Below, piece by piece: positions 62,266 through 64,000 of a DNA stretch of 64,000 nucleotides. Under the pieces are notes generated by a model that saw nothing but the letters and a program-made list of their open reading frames with translations, was not told where the DNA came from and ran no database searches. Where the stretch lies: NCBI GenBank assembly GCA_951804945.1, contig OX638154.1, forward strand, positions 9,610,001-9,674,000, written 5' to 3'. Both the position numbers and the translations under genes were made by a program. Each line of letters begins with the position of its first letter. Positions within the stretch are counted from its first letter, which is position 1. Source of the DNA: Podarcis cretensis (taxonomy: Eukaryota).

Positions 62266-62900
62266 GTCAGTAAGTTTCACATAAATGTGCAGAACAAAAT
62301 GCATTAAAGCAATAACAAAATGCCTCGTGGAATTATGATGGGTAGCTTGACCATTTACTTCAGTGGATACAGGAACACACATCTTCAGTGGCCTATGATC
62401 TTAAGCAGGATACAATCTCAGCCTCAGCCTTTAACTACCCGTTCATTTGAAAAATGAGGATAAAAATAATACTGTCATACATCACAAGATTGTTGTATAG
62501 AAATCTAAACCTTATCTACCTATTATTAAATATTATTAGGACATGCTCTCAACATTTTGGAACTACTATATTGCAAGCAATACCCACCTAGTATTTTCAC
62601 TTCAGTTGTCTCCCCCCAGGTTAAATAGCTCCATCTGGACACCAGCTATTGTGCTGACAATAATGGAAGGGCAGCTTTTTATTTCTGGAGCTGCTCCACT
62701 CTGAAATAAAATAAATGGCATCTCCTGTGCTGCAACTCTGCGTGTTTTGATTTTTAAATACCTTCAAAAGTTTTCTAGGATAAGCTAAAAGTTGCTTAGT
62801 AACTTCTCTCCTTTAGGGATAGCTGTGTGCCCACACTTTTCCCAAGGTTTGCTCTTTCACAAATTCCATATTGTAATTATTCTCTGTGTTTGGTTTTTAG

Positions 62901-63023
62901 GAATTTGAGACCGTGTTCTGTGGTAAAACAGGCAGAAGACTAAAGTTAACAAGATCCGATTCACTAGCAACGTGCTCGACACAGGAGATTACTCAGAATG
63001 GCACACCTATGGAGATAAAATAG
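62901..63023 (+). CDS. TCFL5: TCFL5 last coding exon
   Basis: gtttttag|GAA TTT. EFETVFCGKTGRRLKLTRSDSLATCSTQEITQNGTPMEIK*. Spliced CDS is 1584 nt = 527 aa + stop. Confidence 0.96.
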   Translation, partial: EFETVFCGKTGRRLKLTRSDSLATCSTQEITQNGTPMEIK

Positions 63024-63990
63024 TTGGCTCTCTATAGTCAAAAACTGGTGTAAAGGGTGAACATGCAAGGAATTGTATGAACTTCTAACTGAAATTCACC
63101 TGCTGAACTTCTCATGTGACTTAATGTACTTTGAAAAATACATAAGCGTTAAAGAAATGACACACTTTATTCCAAACAAAGAAGAAAAGCAAGACACCAA
63201 CAACATTTATTTATTAGTGCTGCCCTAAGAAAAGTGTTGCACCAGAGGGAAGTAGAAAACAGCAGTACAAGCTAGTAACCCATTTTCTATATTTTTGTTT
63301 GTTTGTTTGCCAAGTATAATATAATTCAGATGTGTCTGAACAGCAGCTTGTTCTCTTCAACCTTGTACACACTTGTACTGATATAGATAATTATTAGAAT
63401 GTCGTAACAACCAGTTTGGAACAAGAAGAAATGTAACTAGTTTATAAATTATATAAAATATAGTAACTTGTATATAGTAACAGAGATTTACCTTCCATTT
63501 CAAAATGTTCATACCTGTGAAACTAAAGTATATAGAAAAAGCTTTTTGACAGTGTGTTATAAATACACTACTATTTAAAATATGTTTTGCATTCTCCAAC
63601 GATTTTTAGTGCAGGATACAGTAAAGGAATTATCTGCTGCACAAATACCCACTGAAATGAACAGGAGAAATACAGCTGTGTGCTCTGGTGCAAATCTGAT
63701 TTATTTCAATTGGGCTTCCATACGGAAAAAAAATCCAAATAATTGCATGATTTCAGTGCAAAAGTGGTATTTTGTAAACAGTACATGATTTTTAAGTGCA
63801 CATAATATTTTCTTTTTTTAAAAAGACTAGTATTAGCAGTATGTGTTAGGAAAGCTGAAGCATTTGAGAAATAGTATATTTATTGATTTGAAAGGGGCTT
63901 CATTTATCTATCAAACAGATGATGCCAGTAAGTATTTCTTATACAGAACTCATCCCAAAATAAATACTGTTTAAATCACGGATATTCACA
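63024..63990 (+). other. TCFL5: Probable TCFL5 3' UTR
   Basis: AT-rich; the first + strand AATAAA I found after the stop is at 63959-63964. Confidence 0.5.
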
Positions 63991-64000
63991 TTTGTGTAGC

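Overview
Vertebrate genomic DNA from a squamate reptile. The Sauria SINEs and the transposon set point to a lizard, plausibly a lacertid; the family is an inference. Two intron-containing genes lie in tandem on the + strand, in the same order as at human 20q13.33. DIDO1 has 14 coding exons from 1420 to 47861; all junctions are GT-AG and phase-consistent, giving about 2301 aa with PHD, TFIIS-M and SPOC domains and a Pro/Gly/Arg-rich and RD/RE-rich tail. Its 5' end lies upstream of the window. TCFL5 has a CpG-island promoter at about 53000-54300 and 6 coding exons from 54848 to 63023 (527 aa, bHLH). Introns and the intergenic spacer hold L2 and CR1 fragments, two young Sauria SINEs, many TcMar and hAT MITEs, and two Penelope-type fold-backs carrying degenerate minimal hammerhead-ribozyme motifs. 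Most notable: TTG at the position of the mammalian DIDO1 start ATG; an 18-kb DIDO1 intron with an open read-through tail, candidate truncating exons and splicing-factor motifs at the point where mammals make the short Dido1 isoform; a MYB-site cluster and spliced 5' exons at TCFL5; and opposing polyA signals suggesting a 3' overlap with a convergent gene. I cannot demonstrate a wholly new system from sequence alone; the findings are testable candidates. Comparisons to human and mouse proteins are from memory, not from alignments.
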